A stretch of DNA of 64,000 nt from Methanocaldococcus sp. 28A (GCA_049852185.1 CP187540.1), one strand, 5' to 3'; counted from the first letter of the stretch, positions 1-11,721 are shown. Notes: generated by a model from the sequence alone, not told the origin. A program made the numbers and translations.

Positions 1-3000
1 AAAGAACTCTTCCATTTCCTTATCAAAAACATATTTTTCAGCAATCTTTTCATACATCCAATCATCTATTATGTTTGAGGTTGCATCCCATTGGAACATA
101 TGCTCAATATACTTTGAGAAATCACTCGCCCCTTTGTATCCATGCTTCTTCATTCCTTCAATCCACTTTGGGTTCATTATTTTTGTTCTAAATATTTGCT
201 TTCCCTCCTCTTTCAAATGTTTTGTTTTTATTTTATTTGGATTTGATGTATCTCCAATATAGCTCTTTGGTTGCTTGCCAGAATAATAAGTTACTGCTGC
301 AATCATTCCACCATGATAACTGTTGAAGTCATCTCCTTCAAATATATCCCATTCTTGGCTATCTTCATTTTTAACTGTTAATTCAATCTTTGAGAGCCTA
401 TTGATAAATTCCTCCTTAGCTTCAATACCATAAATACCTTTTCCATAAGCATAACCTCCCCATTCAACATAAACCTTTGCTAAATCTTCCAAAGATTTCC
501 AGTTCTTCTCAGTCAATAAATCTGCAACTCCAGCCCCATAACATCCCGGCTTGCATCCAAATATTCTATATAAAGATGTTTCTCTTGCAGTTTTCTCATC
601 CATACCCTTCTTTAATTTTTCTTCAACCTCCTGCTTATAGTGTTTTTTTACATAATTCATTTCATCTGGCTCATCTAAATTTGCAACAGTCCTTATTGCC
701 TCATCAATTAAGTCAATAACCTGTGGAAAAGTGTCTCTAAATAAGCCGCTAATTCTTAAAGTCACATCAATTCTTGGTCTTCCTAATTCTTCCAATGGAA
801 TAACCTCTATTCCCACAACTCTACCCATTTTATTCCAAACTGGCTTAACTCCAAGCAAATACAAAATCTCTCCAATATCATCTCCCTTTGTCCTCATTGT
901 AGGAGAGCCCCAAACGATAATTCCTAAATACTCGGGATATTTGCCCTCTTCCTCCAAATACTTATTAATCAAATCATCAGCCAATCTCTTTCCCATTTCA
1001 TAGGCACTTTTTGTTGGAATCTCTTGAGGATTGCATGAATAGAAGTTTCTTCCTGTAGGAAGGCAATTAATATCTTTTGTTGGAGCTCCTGCTATTCTTG
1101 GTGGGACATATTTCCCTTCCAAGGCATTTATGGCATTTTCAATCTCTTCATTTACTCTCATTAAATTCCTATATATTTTTGAGATAGTTTTTAAGATTTC
1201 TCTTAGTTCAGAATTAATTTTTATTGTTTTTAGTTCATTAATTTTGCTCTCATCAAAATTGTATTCCATATACTCCTTCAATAAATTTAATCCAATTTCA
1301 TTTATCTTATCAATAATTTTGTGATTTTTTCCTTTCTCCTCATTTAGTTCATCCCAATCATATCCCAAAATCTCTGCTAATTTTTCTAAATAATTAAACT
1401 GGTATCTAATAATCATAAAAAGCATATTAACTAATTTTTCTCCAGTTAATGGAACTCCCATAATATGCAATCCTTCATTTATTTGCCTATTTTTTAAATC
1501 CTCTAAGTAATCGTGAATTTTATTTAAAAGATTTTCAAAATTCTCTTCATTAATATTCTCATCTATAATCTTTCCATCCATCAAATCCTCATCTAACTTT
1601 AATTCTTTAATTTTATTTATAATATTTTTCTTTAAAAAGTTCTTCTTTTCTTTATTATCTACTTCATAATATTCATCTATTTCTCTTTCTAACTCAGCTA
1701 ACTCCCCATACAAATCAGATGTTGTCATTGGAGGAATTAAGTGGCTTATTATTGTTGCATAACTCCTTCTCTTCGCCTGTGTTCCTTCTCCGGGATTATT
1801 TACAATGTATGGATATATATTAGGAAGTTCCATACAAATATCTGGATAGCAATTTTTTGATAAACCTGCTCCCTTTCCTGGAAGCCATTCTAAACTTCCA
1901 TGCTTCCCTATATGCATTACTGCATCTGCTTTAAAAACATCCTTAATCCATTTGTAAAAGGCAATATAATAGTGTGTTGGTGGCATATCTGGAGAATGAT
2001 AAATTGCAGAAGGATTCTCTCCAAAGCCCCTTGGTGGTTGAACAGAGATGAAGATATTTCCATTTATTATTCCTGGAATTATTAATTCTCCATCAAAATT
2101 CATAACTTCCCCAGGAATTGCTCCCCAATTTTTGATTAATTCTTCCTTCACTTTCTCAGATAATGAGTTGAACCATTTTTCATAATCTTCTTTCTTAACT
2201 TTTCCCACGGCCTTTTTTATAACCTCTTCTGTCAAAAATCTCTTATCATTTGTTGCATAGTTTAGCATTTTTTTAATTAATTCAGTTCCATTTTCATAGA
2301 GTTCATCAACGACAAAACCCCTCTTTTTTAATTCTTTTAATATATTTAAAACACTTTCTGGGCTATCTAATCCAAAGGCACTTGCAATTTTATCATTTCT
2401 TGGTGGATAGTTGTGGAAAATTATTGCTATCCTTTTTTCATTGTTTGGTTTTAACTTTAAATTTGCATATTTTATAGCTAAATCAACAATCTTCTCAGCT
2501 CTATCTTTTATTGATTTGTATTTTATAATTGGAACTCCAACATCTCCATCTTTAACCTTTTTCTTTCCACCTATTGGGAAATGTATTATTGCCCCATCAA
2601 ATTCAGGCATAGCCATTCCAATAACTAAGTCAATAGGATTAATTCCTGATATTGACTTCTCCCAATCTTCAATAAATCCAGTGCTTACAATCCCTTGCAA
2701 AATAGGAACATCTAAATTTTTTAAAAATTCTGGTTCATCTTTTAAGATATCTGCTTTTACTCCCATAGATAAGGTAAACATGGTTGTGTTTATTAAAGTA
2801 TGAATAAATGGCTTTCCATCTTTATAGAAAAATTTTTTAAACACCTCTAATGTTCCAATAGCTCCTAATTCATTTTTTAAATGAGATGTAAAGACGGCAA
2901 CAGGTATCGCTCCTTTATCTTCAATAATTTGAATTAAATCGTTGATATAATCAATATTATTTGCAATAAACCAATTTCTATAAAATAAAACTCCAATTAT

Positions 3001-3540
3001 TGGTTTGCCATTTATATCTTTTCCAATTTCTTTTAAATAATCTAAATAATCCTCTAAAGTTTCAAAGTATTTGTTTTTGTAATAAATTCCTTGCCATGGC
3101 ATTGGTTTTGGTTCTTCATAGGGGATGTTTTTATCTCCAAATGTATTTGCTAAATATAATAATAGATTTTTGTAATTTTCAACTCCTTCATAGCCCAAAT
3201 ATTTGATAACCTTTAACTTAACTTCTTCACTTACAGTTGTTGCCTCATCCAAGTCAGGATGAATTTCATTTAAAGTAGGAAGGGGTAAGAAGGGAATGTT
3301 ATGTTTATCAACAAATGCTTTTAATTCATCAAAATATCTAAATGCACTTTTACCACCCATGAGTTTTGTAAATACAATGTTAGCATCTTTAATAAATTCT
3401 AAGAACTCTTTAAACTCTTCCTCGCTACATTTATAGTCTAATATTTTAAATTCAATTCCATATTTTTTTACGTCCTTGTATGCCTCTTCAAAAACTAAAT
3501 CATCACTATCAACAGTTGAAACAAACCCTATCTTTATCAT
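1..3540 (-). CDS. cobN: Cobaltochelatase subunit CobN (runs off the left edge of the window)
   Basis: Not in the ORF track because it is truncated. ATG at 3540 after a GGTGA SD gives MIKIGFVSTVDSDD; CobN/ChlH motifs include HNYPPRNDKIASAFGLDSP, VQPPRGFG, HIGKHGSLEWLPGK, LPTGRNFYS and GRPRIDVTLRISGLFRD. Confidence 0.93.
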   Translation of the reverse strand, partial: MIKIGFVSTVDSDDLVFEEAYKDVKKYGIEFKILDYKCSEEEFKEFLEFIKDANIVFTKLMGGKSAFRYFDELKAFVDKHNIPFLPLPTLNEIHPDLDEATTVSEEVKLKVIKYLGYEGVENYKNLLLYLANTFGDKNIPYEEPKPMPWQGIYYKNKYFETLEDYLDYLKEIGKDINGKPIIGVLFYRNWFIANNIDYINDLIQIIEDKGAIPVAVFTSHLKNELGAIGTLEVFKKFFYKDGKPFIHTLINTTMFTLSMGVKADILKDEPEFLKNLDVPILQGIVSTGFIEDWEKSISGINPIDLVIGMAMPEFDGAIIHFPIGGKKKVKDGDVGVPIIKYKSIKDRAEKIVDLAIKYANLKLKPNNEKRIAIIFHNYPPRNDKIASAFGLDSPESVLNILKELKKRGFVVDELYENGTELIKKMLNYATNDKRFLTEEVIKKAVGKVKKEDYEKWFNSLSEKVKEELIKNWGAIPGEVMNFDGELIIPGIINGNIFISVQPPRGFGENPSAIYHSPDMPPTHYYIAFYKWIKDVFKADAVMHIGKHGSLEWLPGKGAGLSKNCYPDICMELPNIYPYIVNNPGEGTQAKRRSYATIISHLIPPMTTSDLYGELAELEREIDEYYEVDNKEKKNFLKKNIINKIKELKLDEDLMDGKIIDENINEENFENLLNKIHDYLEDLKNRQINEGLHIMGVPLTGEKLVNMLFMIIRYQFNYLEKLAEILGYDWDELNEEKGKNHKIIDKINEIGLNLLKEYMEYNFDESKINELKTIKINSELREILKTISKIYRNLMRVNEEIENAINALEGKYVPPRIAGAPTKDINCLPTGRNFYSCNPQEIPTKSAYEMGKRLADDLINKYLEEEGKYPEYLGIIVWGSPTMRTKGDDIGEILYLLGVKPVWNKMGRVVGIEVIPLEELGRPRIDVTLRISGLFRDTFPQVIDLIDEAIRTVANLDEPDEMNYVKKHYKQEVEEKLKKGMDEKTARETSLYRIFGCKPGCYGAGVADLLTEKNWKSLEDLAKVYVEWGGYAYGKGIYGIEAKEEFINRLSKIELTVKNEDSQEWDIFEGDDFNSYHGGMIAAVTYYSGKQPKSYIGDTSNPNKIKTKHLKEEGKQIFRTKIMNPKWIEGMKKHGYKGASDFSKYIEHMFQWDATSNIIDDWMYEKIAEKYVFDKEMEEFF

Positions 3541-3671
3541 AATTTTCACCATTTAGATATTTAGATTAAGTTAAATAATTATTAAGTAATTTTGATAAAA
3601 TATATCTGGTACTTATTATTGGTATTTTAATGATTTTTCATGTGCTATATCCCAGTTGGCTTTCCTTACTT

Positions 3672-4778
3672 CAGTATCTCCGAATATCATAAAAAAATAA
3701 ATAGAAAAGTTAATATTTTATAATATCGAATAGTTATCAAAAAAATAGAAGGGGATAGAACTATGAACAACATAAGATTGTTAGGTATAAAATCATTTAA
3801 CGAATTTATAAACGAAGTTTTGCGAATTAATCCAAGAATTTATCGAGTTGAGGATTATGCAAGAGGACTTATAGAGGCGATGTCGAATAATACATATTTA
3901 GAGACTATTAGCAAGCTAAATTATCCATCGGCAGACTCTTACTATCTGATATATAAATAAGGCAGACTATACTATGTTTAAAGAAGTTTATAAATCTTTT
4001 GGTTAAAAAGATAATTAACGAATTAAAAAAACTATAAAAAATTTTACCTATCGATAGATACGCATTTTGAGGGCTATTATGAAAAAAGATTGGATTTAAA
4101 TGCGATTTACAAATAAAAGAAATGAGGTTTCGTTGTTTATAGTTGTGAGCAAAACTATTTTAAATAAAAGAAGGCATTCAAATTATCCTTTTTAAAGTTT
4201 ATTTCATTTTGCACACAACTATAACCATGTAGGGGAGATATTATACACTTAGCTATTAAAGATTTAAAAATAAATCCATACGATATTATCTTCCTAACCG
4301 ATAGGGAGTTTAAAAATTTTGAAATAATAAAAATCTTTGAAACTATATGGCTGTAATTACATAAGTTTTATTCCGAAAGGTTAAATACTATCTTGAGAAT
4401 ACGAAAAAGGAGAAATTAGCTATTGTAGAGGACGAAATAATTACAAACAACGAAAGAGAAAAGATATATATTATACTTTTTTAACTAATATCGACTTCAA
4501 GAATCCAAAATCTTATATAAAAACGTATAAAAAACGATGTAACATAGAAACAAGGTTTAGATTGCTTAAAGATTCAGTTATAAAAACGAAATTAACATCT
4601 CTAAAAGTTAGGTTGTTACTTTTTATGCTTAGATGCGTTATTCATAACTTTTGGATTAAAATAAAATAAAAAAGAATGTATTTCTTTAAAATTCTTCATC
4701 GTCTAGTTAAATTTGATTATTCAATCATGTATGCGTAATACTCGGTTGTGTGTATCTAATGTATATTTATAAATACTG
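3672..4778 (+). mobile_element. Degenerate ISH3-family (IS4-like) element; transposase pseudogene from 3763
   Basis: Terminal inverted repeats CAGTATCTCCGAATAT (3672) and ATATTTATAAATACTG (ending 4778). Frameshifted transposase remnants SIDTH..YY, DREF and YKKRCNIETRFR. A second copy lies at about 41.1-41.8 kb. Confidence 0.75.
4137..4224. repeat. MITE-like palindromic element, family A, nested in the ISH3 remnant
   Basis: TTATAGTTGTGAGCAAAA ... TTTTGCACACAACTATAA; internal sequence shared with 19755-19870. Confidence 0.85.
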
Positions 4779-4962
4779 TTATATAAATTTTTATTTTATA
4801 TCTTATATTCAAATATTTAAATGAAATTAATAGATAACTTTTTAAACCAACTCAATATATGTTTTGAGTAAAAATTTAAGAATTAGAAATTATTGGATTT
4901 GTTATTTTAATTAATATCCTAAATTAAAAGTTAAGGATTACTAAAGAGTAGGAGGGATAAAA

Positions 4963-5616
4963 ATGAAATTCTTCTTAGACACTGCAAATGTTGAAGAAAT
5001 CAAAAAATACGCTGAGCTTGGCTTAGTTGATGGAGTCACAACAAACCCAACATTGGTTGCTAAAGAGGGAAGAGATTTCTATGAAGTTGTTAAAGAAATC
5101 TGTGAAATTGTTGACGGTCCTGTAAGTGCTGAGGTTATCTCAACAGATGCTGAAGGAATGGTTAAAGAAGCGAGAGAATTAGCAAAAATAGCTGATAATA
5201 TAGTTATAAAAATCCCAATGACAAAAGATGGAATGAAAGCAGTTAAAATATTATCAGCTGAAGGAATAAAAACAAATGTAACCTTAGTTTTCTCACCATT
5301 GCAAGCTTTATTAGCTGCTAAGGCAGGAGCTACTTATGTTTCCCCATTTGTTGGAAGATTGGATGACATTGGACATGTAGGGATGAAATTAATTGAAGAT
5401 GTTGTAAAAATATACAAAAACTATGACATTAAAACAGAAGTTATAGTAGCCTCAGTCAGACATCCATTGCATGTTTTAGAAGCTGCAAAAATAGGAGCAG
5501 ATATAGCAACAATTCCACCATCAGTTATGGATAAGCTCTTCAACCATCCATTAACAGATATTGGATTGGAGAGATTCTTAAAAGATTGGGATAATTATTT
5601 AAAAAGCAGAAAATAA
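4963..5616 (+). CDS. tal: Transaldolase / fructose-6-phosphate aldolase family
   Basis: FFLDTAN, GVTTNPT, VIKIP and YVSPFVGR motifs. Confidence 0.93.
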   Translation: MKFFLDTANVEEIKKYAELGLVDGVTTNPTLVAKEGRDFYEVVKEICEIVDGPVSAEVISTDAEGMVKEARELAKIADNIVIKIPMTKDGMKAVKILSAEGIKTNVTLVFSPLQALLAAKAGATYVSPFVGRLDDIGHVGMKLIEDVVKIYKNYDIKTEVIVASVRHPLHVLEAAKIGADIATIPPSVMDKLFNHPLTDIGLERFLKDWDNYLKSRK

Positions 5617-5666
5617 AGAATAAATACAAATCCTTCTCAAATAAATAATTTTTATGGAGGGAGATT

Positions 5667-6824
5667 ATGAAATTGGAAGCTACAAAAAAATTGTTGATGA
5701 TTCCAGGTCCTACAATAGTTCCACCAGAGGTTTTAAATGCTATGGCTTTACCAGTAATTGGGCATAGAACAAAAGATTACGGGGCTTTATTGGAAGATAC
5801 TGTAGAGAAATTAAAAAAGGTCTTTATTACTGAGAATGACACATTCTTAATTACTGGTTCAGGAACAGCAGCAATGGATATGGCAATATCAAACATAATA
5901 AAAAGAGGAGATAAGGTTTTAAACATAGTTACAGGAAACTTTGGAGAGAGATTTGCAAATATAGTTAAGGCATACAAAGGAGAGGCTATTAGATTAGATA
6001 TAGAATGGGGTGATATGGCTGAGCCAGAAGCCGTTAAAGAGATTTTAGATAAATACGATGATATTAAAGCAGTTACAGTTGTGCATAATGAAACTTCTAC
6101 TGGAGCAAGAAATCCAATAAAAGAGATTGGAGAGGTTGTTAAGGACTATGATGCTCTATACATTGTTGATACTGTCTCGTCATTAGGAGGAGATTATGTA
6201 AATGTTGATAAATTCCACATAGATATTTGTGTTACTGGTTCTCAAAAATGTTTAGCGGCTCCACCAGGATTATCGGCTATAACAGTCAGTGAAAAAGCAT
6301 GGGAAGTTATCAAAAAGAATGACGATAAAGTTGGCTTTTACTTGGATTTATTGGCTTATAAAAAATACTATGAAGAGAAAAAACAAACACCTTATACTCC
6401 TTCAATTAACTTAATCTATGCAATGAATGTTGCCTTAGATTTAGTTTTAGAGGAAGGTATTGAGAATAGAGTTAAAAGACATGAAAGATTGGCTAAAGCA
6501 ACAAGAGCTGGTTTAGAGGCTATGGGAATAGAATTGTTTGCTAAAGAAAGAGCAAGGTCAGTAACAGTTACATCAGCAAAATATCCAGAAGGAATTAAAG
6601 ATAGTGACTTTAGAGGAATATTAAGCAATAAATACAATATAGTTGTTGCTGGAGGTCAGAAACACTTGGCTGGAAAAATATTTAGAATTGGACACATGGG
6701 AATCTGTGGAGAGAAAGAAATTTTAGCAACATTAGCTTGTGTAGAATTAGCTTTAAAAGAGCTTGGATTTGAAGTTAAAGAGAGTGGAGTAGAAGTTGCT
6801 AAAGAAGTGTTATTAAAGAATTAA
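5667..6824 (+). CDS. Class V PLP aminotransferase (serine-pyruvate / phosphoserine aminotransferase type)
   Basis: [24 protein letters not shown] and FRIGHMG motifs. Confidence 0.9.
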   Translation: MKLEATKKLLMIPGPTIVPPEVLNAMALPVIGHRTKDYGALLEDTVEKLKKVFITENDTFLITGSGTAAMDMAISNIIKRGDKVLNIVTGNFGERFANIVKAYKGEAIRLDIEWGDMAEPEAVKEILDKYDDIKAVTVVHNETSTGARNPIKEIGEVVKDYDALYIVDTVSSLGGDYVNVDKFHIDICVTGSQKCLAAPPGLSAITVSEKAWEVIKKNDDKVGFYLDLLAYKKYYEEKKQTPYTPSINLIYAMNVALDLVLEEGIENRVKRHERLAKATRAGLEAMGIELFAKERARSVTVTSAKYPEGIKDSDFRGILSNKYNIVVAGGQKHLAGKIFRIGHMGICGEKEILATLACVELALKELGFEVKESGVEVAKEVLLKN

Positions 6825-7930
6825 TTTATAATTTCCTCTAAAATTTTTAAAAATCTTTCAATTTCCTCAAAAGTTCCTATTGATACTCTCACATAGTTAT
6901 CTCCTAAACCATCAAATGATGAGCAATCTCTAACAATAACTCCTCTTTTTAATAGTTCTTCACAAAACTCCTTAGCTTTCATTGTTTTTAATTCAACCAA
7001 TACATAATTAGCTTCTGAAGGATAAACTTTAATGTCTTTAAATTTCTTCAGCCCATTATATAACATTTCTCTACTTTTAATTCCATCTCTAACACATCTT
7101 TCAAAGAACTCTATATCTCTTAATGCAGTTATAGCACAAACTTGGCTTAATCTTGTTAAGCTGAATATTGGCTTAACTCTCATCATGTAATTAATAATTT
7201 TTTTATTTGCTACACCATAACCAATTCTCATCCCTGCTAAACCAAAAACCTTTGAAAAGGTTCTTAAAACAATAACATTATCATATTCAAGGGCTTTTTG
7301 AGTCCAATCATACTCTTTTTTGGCATACTCAATATATGCATGGTCTATAACTACCAAAGCATCTGTTTCATTGATAATCTTCTCTATATCTTTATTTTCT
7401 ATTATATTTCCTGTGGGATTGTTTGGAGTGCATAAAAAAATAACCTTTGTTTTATTTGTTACATTATTGAGAACGCTTTCAATATCTAATTTAAAGTCCT
7501 TTTCTTTGTCATATTTTGCATATTTTATTTTAGCATTGTGAATTGTTGCTGAAACTCTATATTGAGTGAAAGTTGGAATTGGGATTATAACCTCATCACC
7601 ATTATCAACAAACGTTCTAAATATCGTATCTATAATCTCATCAGCTCCATCACCACCAACAATAATATTTTCTTTACTAACATTCAAAAATTTGCTTAAC
7701 TCTTCCATTAAAACTGGATTTACTGGCTCTGGATATTGATGTATATTTGTAAGTTCTTTTAATATTTCTTCTTTTATTTTTGGTGATGCTCCCCAAGGAT
7801 TTTCATTAGAACCAAGTTTTATAATATCTTCTGGTTTTATTCCATAATCTCTTGCTATCTCTTCCTTTGATTTTCCTGGAACATAGGGCTTTAATTTTTT
7901 AACTACATCTCTTACTTTATTTTCTATCAT
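6821..7930 (-). CDS. hisC: Histidinol-phosphate aminotransferase
   Basis: [14 protein letters not shown] and [16 protein letters not shown] motifs. Confidence 0.93.
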   Translation of the reverse strand: MIENKVRDVVKKLKPYVPGKSKEEIARDYGIKPEDIIKLGSNENPWGASPKIKEEILKELTNIHQYPEPVNPVLMEELSKFLNVSKENIIVGGDGADEIIDTIFRTFVDNGDEVIIPIPTFTQYRVSATIHNAKIKYAKYDKEKDFKLDIESVLNNVTNKTKVIFLCTPNNPTGNIIENKDIEKIINETDALVVIDHAYIEYAKKEYDWTQKALEYDNVIVLRTFSKVFGLAGMRIGYGVANKKIINYMMRVKPIFSLTRLSQVCAITALRDIEFFERCVRDGIKSREMLYNGLKKFKDIKVYPSEANYVLVELKTMKAKEFCEELLKRGVIVRDCSSFDGLGDNYVRVSIGTFEEIERFLKILEEIIN

Positions 7931-7968
7931 AATATATCACCTAAAATTTTTAACCAAAAATATTTTAA

Positions 7969-8062
7969 TAGGACTTTCGCACTTTATATATGTAGTTAAT
8001 GAGCTTTTACACCTTTAGGTGTGTCTATATTCAATAAAAAATCCATTCCTGCGAAAGTCCTA
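7969..8062. repeat. MITE-like palindromic element, family B
   Basis: TAGGACTTTCGCA ... TGCGAAAGTCCTA with internal hairpin ACACCTTTAGGTGT. Confidence 0.88.
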
Positions 8063-8133
8063 TTAATAATGACATTTTATAATAATCACTCATAACTTAA
8101 TCAATTCTATAAAAGTTTAAGGAGGGGAAATTA

Positions 8134-9432
8134 ATGAAAAAACTCCTTTTATTATCTATATTGTTATTTATAAGTGTTAGCTATGCTTTGCCAATAGAGC
8201 CAGTAATCTTTGTAAATAAAAGCACAGTTGATTATCAAAATGCTAAAGTTTTGATGGATAACTTATATTCCTCAAGAGAAATAAATGTTAATGGAAATAA
8301 TATAACAATTATTATTAACGATATTACGTATATTCCAGCAACTGATGAGCTTGAAATTGAGGATAATAACAAAAAACTCAATATAAAATTTATCAGAGAT
8401 AATAATGGAATAAAATATGAGGATATTAAGTGTATTGAGTATTTAAACCTTGAAAAGGGAAAAGAAATAAGTTTATTCAACAGAAACTACATAGTTGATT
8501 ATGTAACATCAGATTGTGTGATATTAAAAGAAAAATATGGAAAGGAAATAACAACAAATGAATCATTTGAATATAACGAGTATAAAATAATTCCTAAACT
8601 TTTGTCTTTAGATTTAAAAAGTGTTACTATTGACATATATAAAAATGGGAAAATTATTAAAACGGATGTCAAATTGATTAGGGATGAGTTTAAAATAATA
8701 GATAATTTGGGAATTATATATAAGAATTGTATAAAGAAAGGAAACGTATATTATTTAACTTTTGAAGTATATTCAACAATAGAAATTAAAAAAGGCAAGG
8801 AATATCCATTAGATAAAAATTTTATAGTTAGAGATATAGATGATAATAAAATAGAATTAATATACAAAAATATAAATAATCTTAGAAATAATATCTCAAT
8901 ATTAAACTACCTAATAATTCCAAAAAAAGATTACAAAGATTATGTTTTGTTTAAAGTAATAAAAAGAGATTGTAAAACTTTTAATATTGATAACAAAACC
9001 GTTTTATATTTAGGCGAAGGATTTTATGCTATAAAAACAAACAATACAGTTCATGTTTATTATAAAGGAAAAGAGTTAGAAAATCATGAAAAGATTTACA
9101 TTAGCTCATTAGATATGATAGACGTTAATCCATTAAATATTAATAAGGATATAATTCTCATTGGAGGTCCTAAAGTTAATAAATTTGTTAAAGAACTTGA
9201 AGATAAAGCTTTACTAAGGATAAATATAACTGATAATTATCCTGGAAATAATATAGGTATTATACAAAAAATAAAAAATCCTTACAATAATAATAACATC
9301 TATATTTTAGCTGGTTCAAATAGATATGGAACAAAAGCAGCAATATTAGCATTTTTAACAATATATAACAATGAAAGTATAATGAAAGTTAAATTAGATA
9401 ACGGACATATAAAAGTTTTAGAGAAAGAATAA
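8134..9432 (+). CDS. Secreted S-layer-domain protein
   Basis: N-terminal signal peptide; C-terminal ILIGGPKVN and ILAGSNRYGTKAA motifs typical of the archaeal S-layer C-terminal domain. Confidence 0.75.
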   Translation: MKKLLLLSILLFISVSYALPIEPVIFVNKSTVDYQNAKVLMDNLYSSREINVNGNNITIIINDITYIPATDELEIEDNNKKLNIKFIRDNNGIKYEDIKCIEYLNLEKGKEISLFNRNYIVDYVTSDCVILKEKYGKEITTNESFEYNEYKIIPKLLSLDLKSVTIDIYKNGKIIKTDVKLIRDEFKIIDNLGIIYKNCIKKGNVYYLTFEVYSTIEIKKGKEYPLDKNFIVRDIDDNKIELIYKNINNLRNNISILNYLIIPKKDYKDYVLFKVIKRDCKTFNIDNKTVLYLGEGFYAIKTNNTVHVYYKGKELENHEKIYISSLDMIDVNPLNINKDIILIGGPKVNKFVKELEDKALLRINITDNYPGNNIGIIQKIKNPYNNNNIYILAGSNRYGTKAAILAFLTIYNNESIMKVKLDNGHIKVLEKE

Positions 9433-9433
9433 T

Positions 9434-9736
9434 TTAATCAAAAATTTTTTTAATGTATGGCTCAAATGGAACAATGTCTTCCCTACTTCTTGGGCTTATT
9501 ATAGCTACTTTCAATTTTCTCTCTTCTGGAATTAAGTCAATAACTAAAGTTCCTGGAGTAGCAGTTATAGACCAAGATAGCAAAATTAAACCAGTAGGGT
9601 TATTAATAATTGACTCCATTTCTATAACTTGGGGCTTTATTTCCCCATTTATGCTTCTTTTAACAACATCAATCCAGGACTCACATATAGCTTTAATTAA
9701 AACGGCTAAGTAGCCTATAACACCTAACAGTTTCAT
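9434..9736 (-). CDS. MnhE-like cation/H+ antiporter subunit
   Basis: [12 protein letters not shown] motif; ATG at 9736 follows a GAGGT SD. Confidence 0.75.
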   Translation of the reverse strand: MKLLGVIGYLAVLIKAICESWIDVVKRSINGEIKPQVIEMESIINNPTGLILLSWSITATPGTLVIDLIPEERKLKVAIISPRSREDIVPFEPYIKKIFD

Positions 9737-9791
9737 AAACACTACCTCAATAAAAGGTCTTATCAATAAATTTATTAAAGCATTAGATATA

Positions 9792-9881
9792 TAGGACTTT
9801 CGCAGGGGTAGATATATTTATTGAACCTACACACCTAAAGGTGTCTAAATTCCAAAATTTAATATATACTGCGAAGTCCTA
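9792..9881. repeat. MITE-like element, family B
   Basis: TAGGACTTTCGCAG ... CTGCGAAGTCCTA with internal ACACCTAAAGGTGT. Confidence 0.88.
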
Positions 9882-9921
9882 TATATATCAGTTATGCTAT
9901 AATGCTTATTGAGGTGGAAAT

Positions 9922-10341
9922 ATGAATGAAGAGTTAAAACAAAAAGCGATGGCTTTGGAAATATACAATCAACAATTACAAATGATTCAAAGTGAATTAG
10001 TATCAATAAGAACATTAAAATCTGAAATAATGAAATCAATTGAAACAATTGAAAATATAAAAGCAGATGAAGAGACATTAATTCCAGTAGGTCCAGGAGT
10101 CTTTTTAAAGGCAAAAATTGTTGATGATAAGGCTTTAATTGGCGTTAAGTCAGATATTTATGTTGAAAAATCATTTAGTGAAATCGTTGAAGATTTAAAA
10201 AAATCTATTGAAGATTTAGATAAAGCTGAAAAAGAAGGAATGAAGAAAGCTGAAGAATTAGCTAAAGTAATAGCTGCTTTAAGAAAAGAGTTGCAGGTAG
10301 AATTACAGAAAGCTCAACAAGCTCAAGAGAAAAAACAATAA
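9922..10341 (+). CDS. pfdA: Prefoldin alpha subunit
   Basis: Coiled coils flank the ETLIPVGPGVFLKAKI beta-hairpin region. Confidence 0.92.
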   Translation: MNEELKQKAMALEIYNQQLQMIQSELVSIRTLKSEIMKSIETIENIKADEETLIPVGPGVFLKAKIVDDKALIGVKSDIYVEKSFSEIVEDLKKSIEDLDKAEKEGMKKAEELAKVIAALRKELQVELQKAQQAQEKKQ

Positions 10342-10382
10342 AAAATTAAAAATTGTTTATTTTCTTTTTTATTTTATTTTAA

Positions 10383-10447
10383 TAGGACTTTCGCAGGAGT
10401 AGATATATTTATTGAACTGTTTTAATATATAAACTGCGAAACTCCTA
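10383..10447. repeat. MITE-like element, family B (internally deleted)
   Basis: TAGGACTTTCGCAG ... CTGCGAAACTCCTA. Confidence 0.85.
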
Positions 10448-10511
10448 CAGAAACTAAATGTAATTCCAATATTTGAATTAATGAATATATATGTCTAAAA
10501 TAAAAAAATAG

Positions 10512-10585
10512 TGGGCCCAGCCGGATTCGAACCGGCGACCTTCGCCTTGTAAGGGCGACGTCATAGCCAGCTAGACCATGGGCCC
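10512..10585 (-). tRNA. tRNA-Val(TAC)
   Basis: Reverse complement GGGCCCATGGTCTAGCTGG...TCGCC-CT-TAC-AA-GGCGA...GGTTCGAATCC...GGGCCCA folds as a cloverleaf; CCA is not encoded. Confidence 0.96.
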
Positions 10586-10613
10586 TCAGCATCAATAACA
10601 ATTCACTTTCTAA

Positions 10614-10621
10614 TATATAAA
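10614..10621 (-). promoter_or_regulatory. TATA box of tRNA-Val
   Basis: TTTATATA on the minus strand about 29 nt upstream of the mature 5' end. Confidence 0.6.
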
Positions 10622-10643
10622 GTTTATGTTTATTGGTGAAATT

Positions 10644-11708
10644 ATGGATTTAAATTTAAAAAATTTTTTGAAAGATAGGGAGGAGATAATTAGAGATGCT
10701 AAAAGAAAAGATGAAAAATCTTTCAAAGATTTTAAAAAATTAGTTGAAGAGATAAAAGAAAAAGAAAATAAAGATAAAATCGTCTGTGATTTTACCGAAT
10801 ACAACCCTTTACATAAAGGGCATAAATATGCATTAGAGAAAGGAAAGGAACATGGAATTTTTATTAGTGTTTTACCCGGCCCCTTAGAAAGGAGTGGGAG
10901 AGGCATTCCTTATTTCTTAAATAGATATATAAGGGCAGAGATGGCAATAAAAGCAGGAGCAGATATTGTTGTTGAAGGGCCTCCAATGGGAATTATGGGC
11001 TCTGGGCAGTATATGAGATGTCTAATAAAGATGTTTTATAGCTTAGGAGCTGAGGTAATACCAAGGGGTTATATTCCAGAAAAAACCATGGAAAAGGTTA
11101 TAGATTGTATAAATAAGGGCTATCATATACAAGTTAAGCCATACAAAATTTGCTGTATAGAGACAGGAGAGATTTTAGGAGAAAAATTGAATATAGATAA
11201 TTATGTTATTGCTTCAATGTCTCAGATGATATATAAATTGAATAAAGAAGGTTTAAATTTTCATCCAAAATTTGTTTTTGTAAAGAGATTAGAGGGAATA
11301 AGTGGAACTAAAATTAGAGAGGCAATATTTAGCAGGAAATTTGAAGATATTAAGAATATGCTTCCAGAAACTACCTTAGAAATTTTAAAAGAGCTCTATA
11401 ATAGTGGAAAACTCAGTGAATTGATATTAAAGAGGTTTGAAGATAGAATCTTAGAAACAGCCAACGAGTATGATTTGTATGAATATTTACCAAATAATGT
11501 AGCTGAAATATTGGAAAGAAGAAGACCATTTAATAATGCTGAGGAGATAAAAAACTCTCTACCTTATGGATTCTCAAGGCATTTTAAGGAAAGAATTTTA
11601 TCTAAATTGGAAGCAAGGATTCCTAATGAAGTTTTATCAAAATATATAAATAACTATCCTGCAAAGATAAAGATATTGGCAGTTAGAAATGATATTAAAG
11701 AAGATTAA
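10644..11708 (+). CDS. HIGH-family nucleotidyltransferase, TmcAL/YlbM-like (UPF0348)
   Basis: EYNPLHKGH, RGIP, RAEMAIKAGADIVVEGP and SGTKIR match TmcAL-family motifs; GGTGA SD before the ATG at 10644. Confidence 0.75.
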   Translation: MDLNLKNFLKDREEIIRDAKRKDEKSFKDFKKLVEEIKEKENKDKIVCDFTEYNPLHKGHKYALEKGKEHGIFISVLPGPLERSGRGIPYFLNRYIRAEMAIKAGADIVVEGPPMGIMGSGQYMRCLIKMFYSLGAEVIPRGYIPEKTMEKVIDCINKGYHIQVKPYKICCIETGEILGEKLNIDNYVIASMSQMIYKLNKEGLNFHPKFVFVKRLEGISGTKIREAIFSRKFEDIKNMLPETTLEILKELYNSGKLSELILKRFEDRILETANEYDLYEYLPNNVAEILERRRPFNNAEEIKNSLPYGFSRHFKERILSKLEARIPNEVLSKYINNYPAKIKILAVRNDIKED

Positions 11709-11721
11709 ATTTGGGGAGAAA

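Noticed and set aside
71-3206. Short plus-strand ORFs in the ORF track
   Set aside because: They are antisense shadows of the long minus-strand cobN frame.
7969-10447. Clustered repeats considered as a CRISPR array
   Set aside because: They are inverted-repeat elements separated by whole genes, not direct repeats with regular spacers; no cas genes are present.
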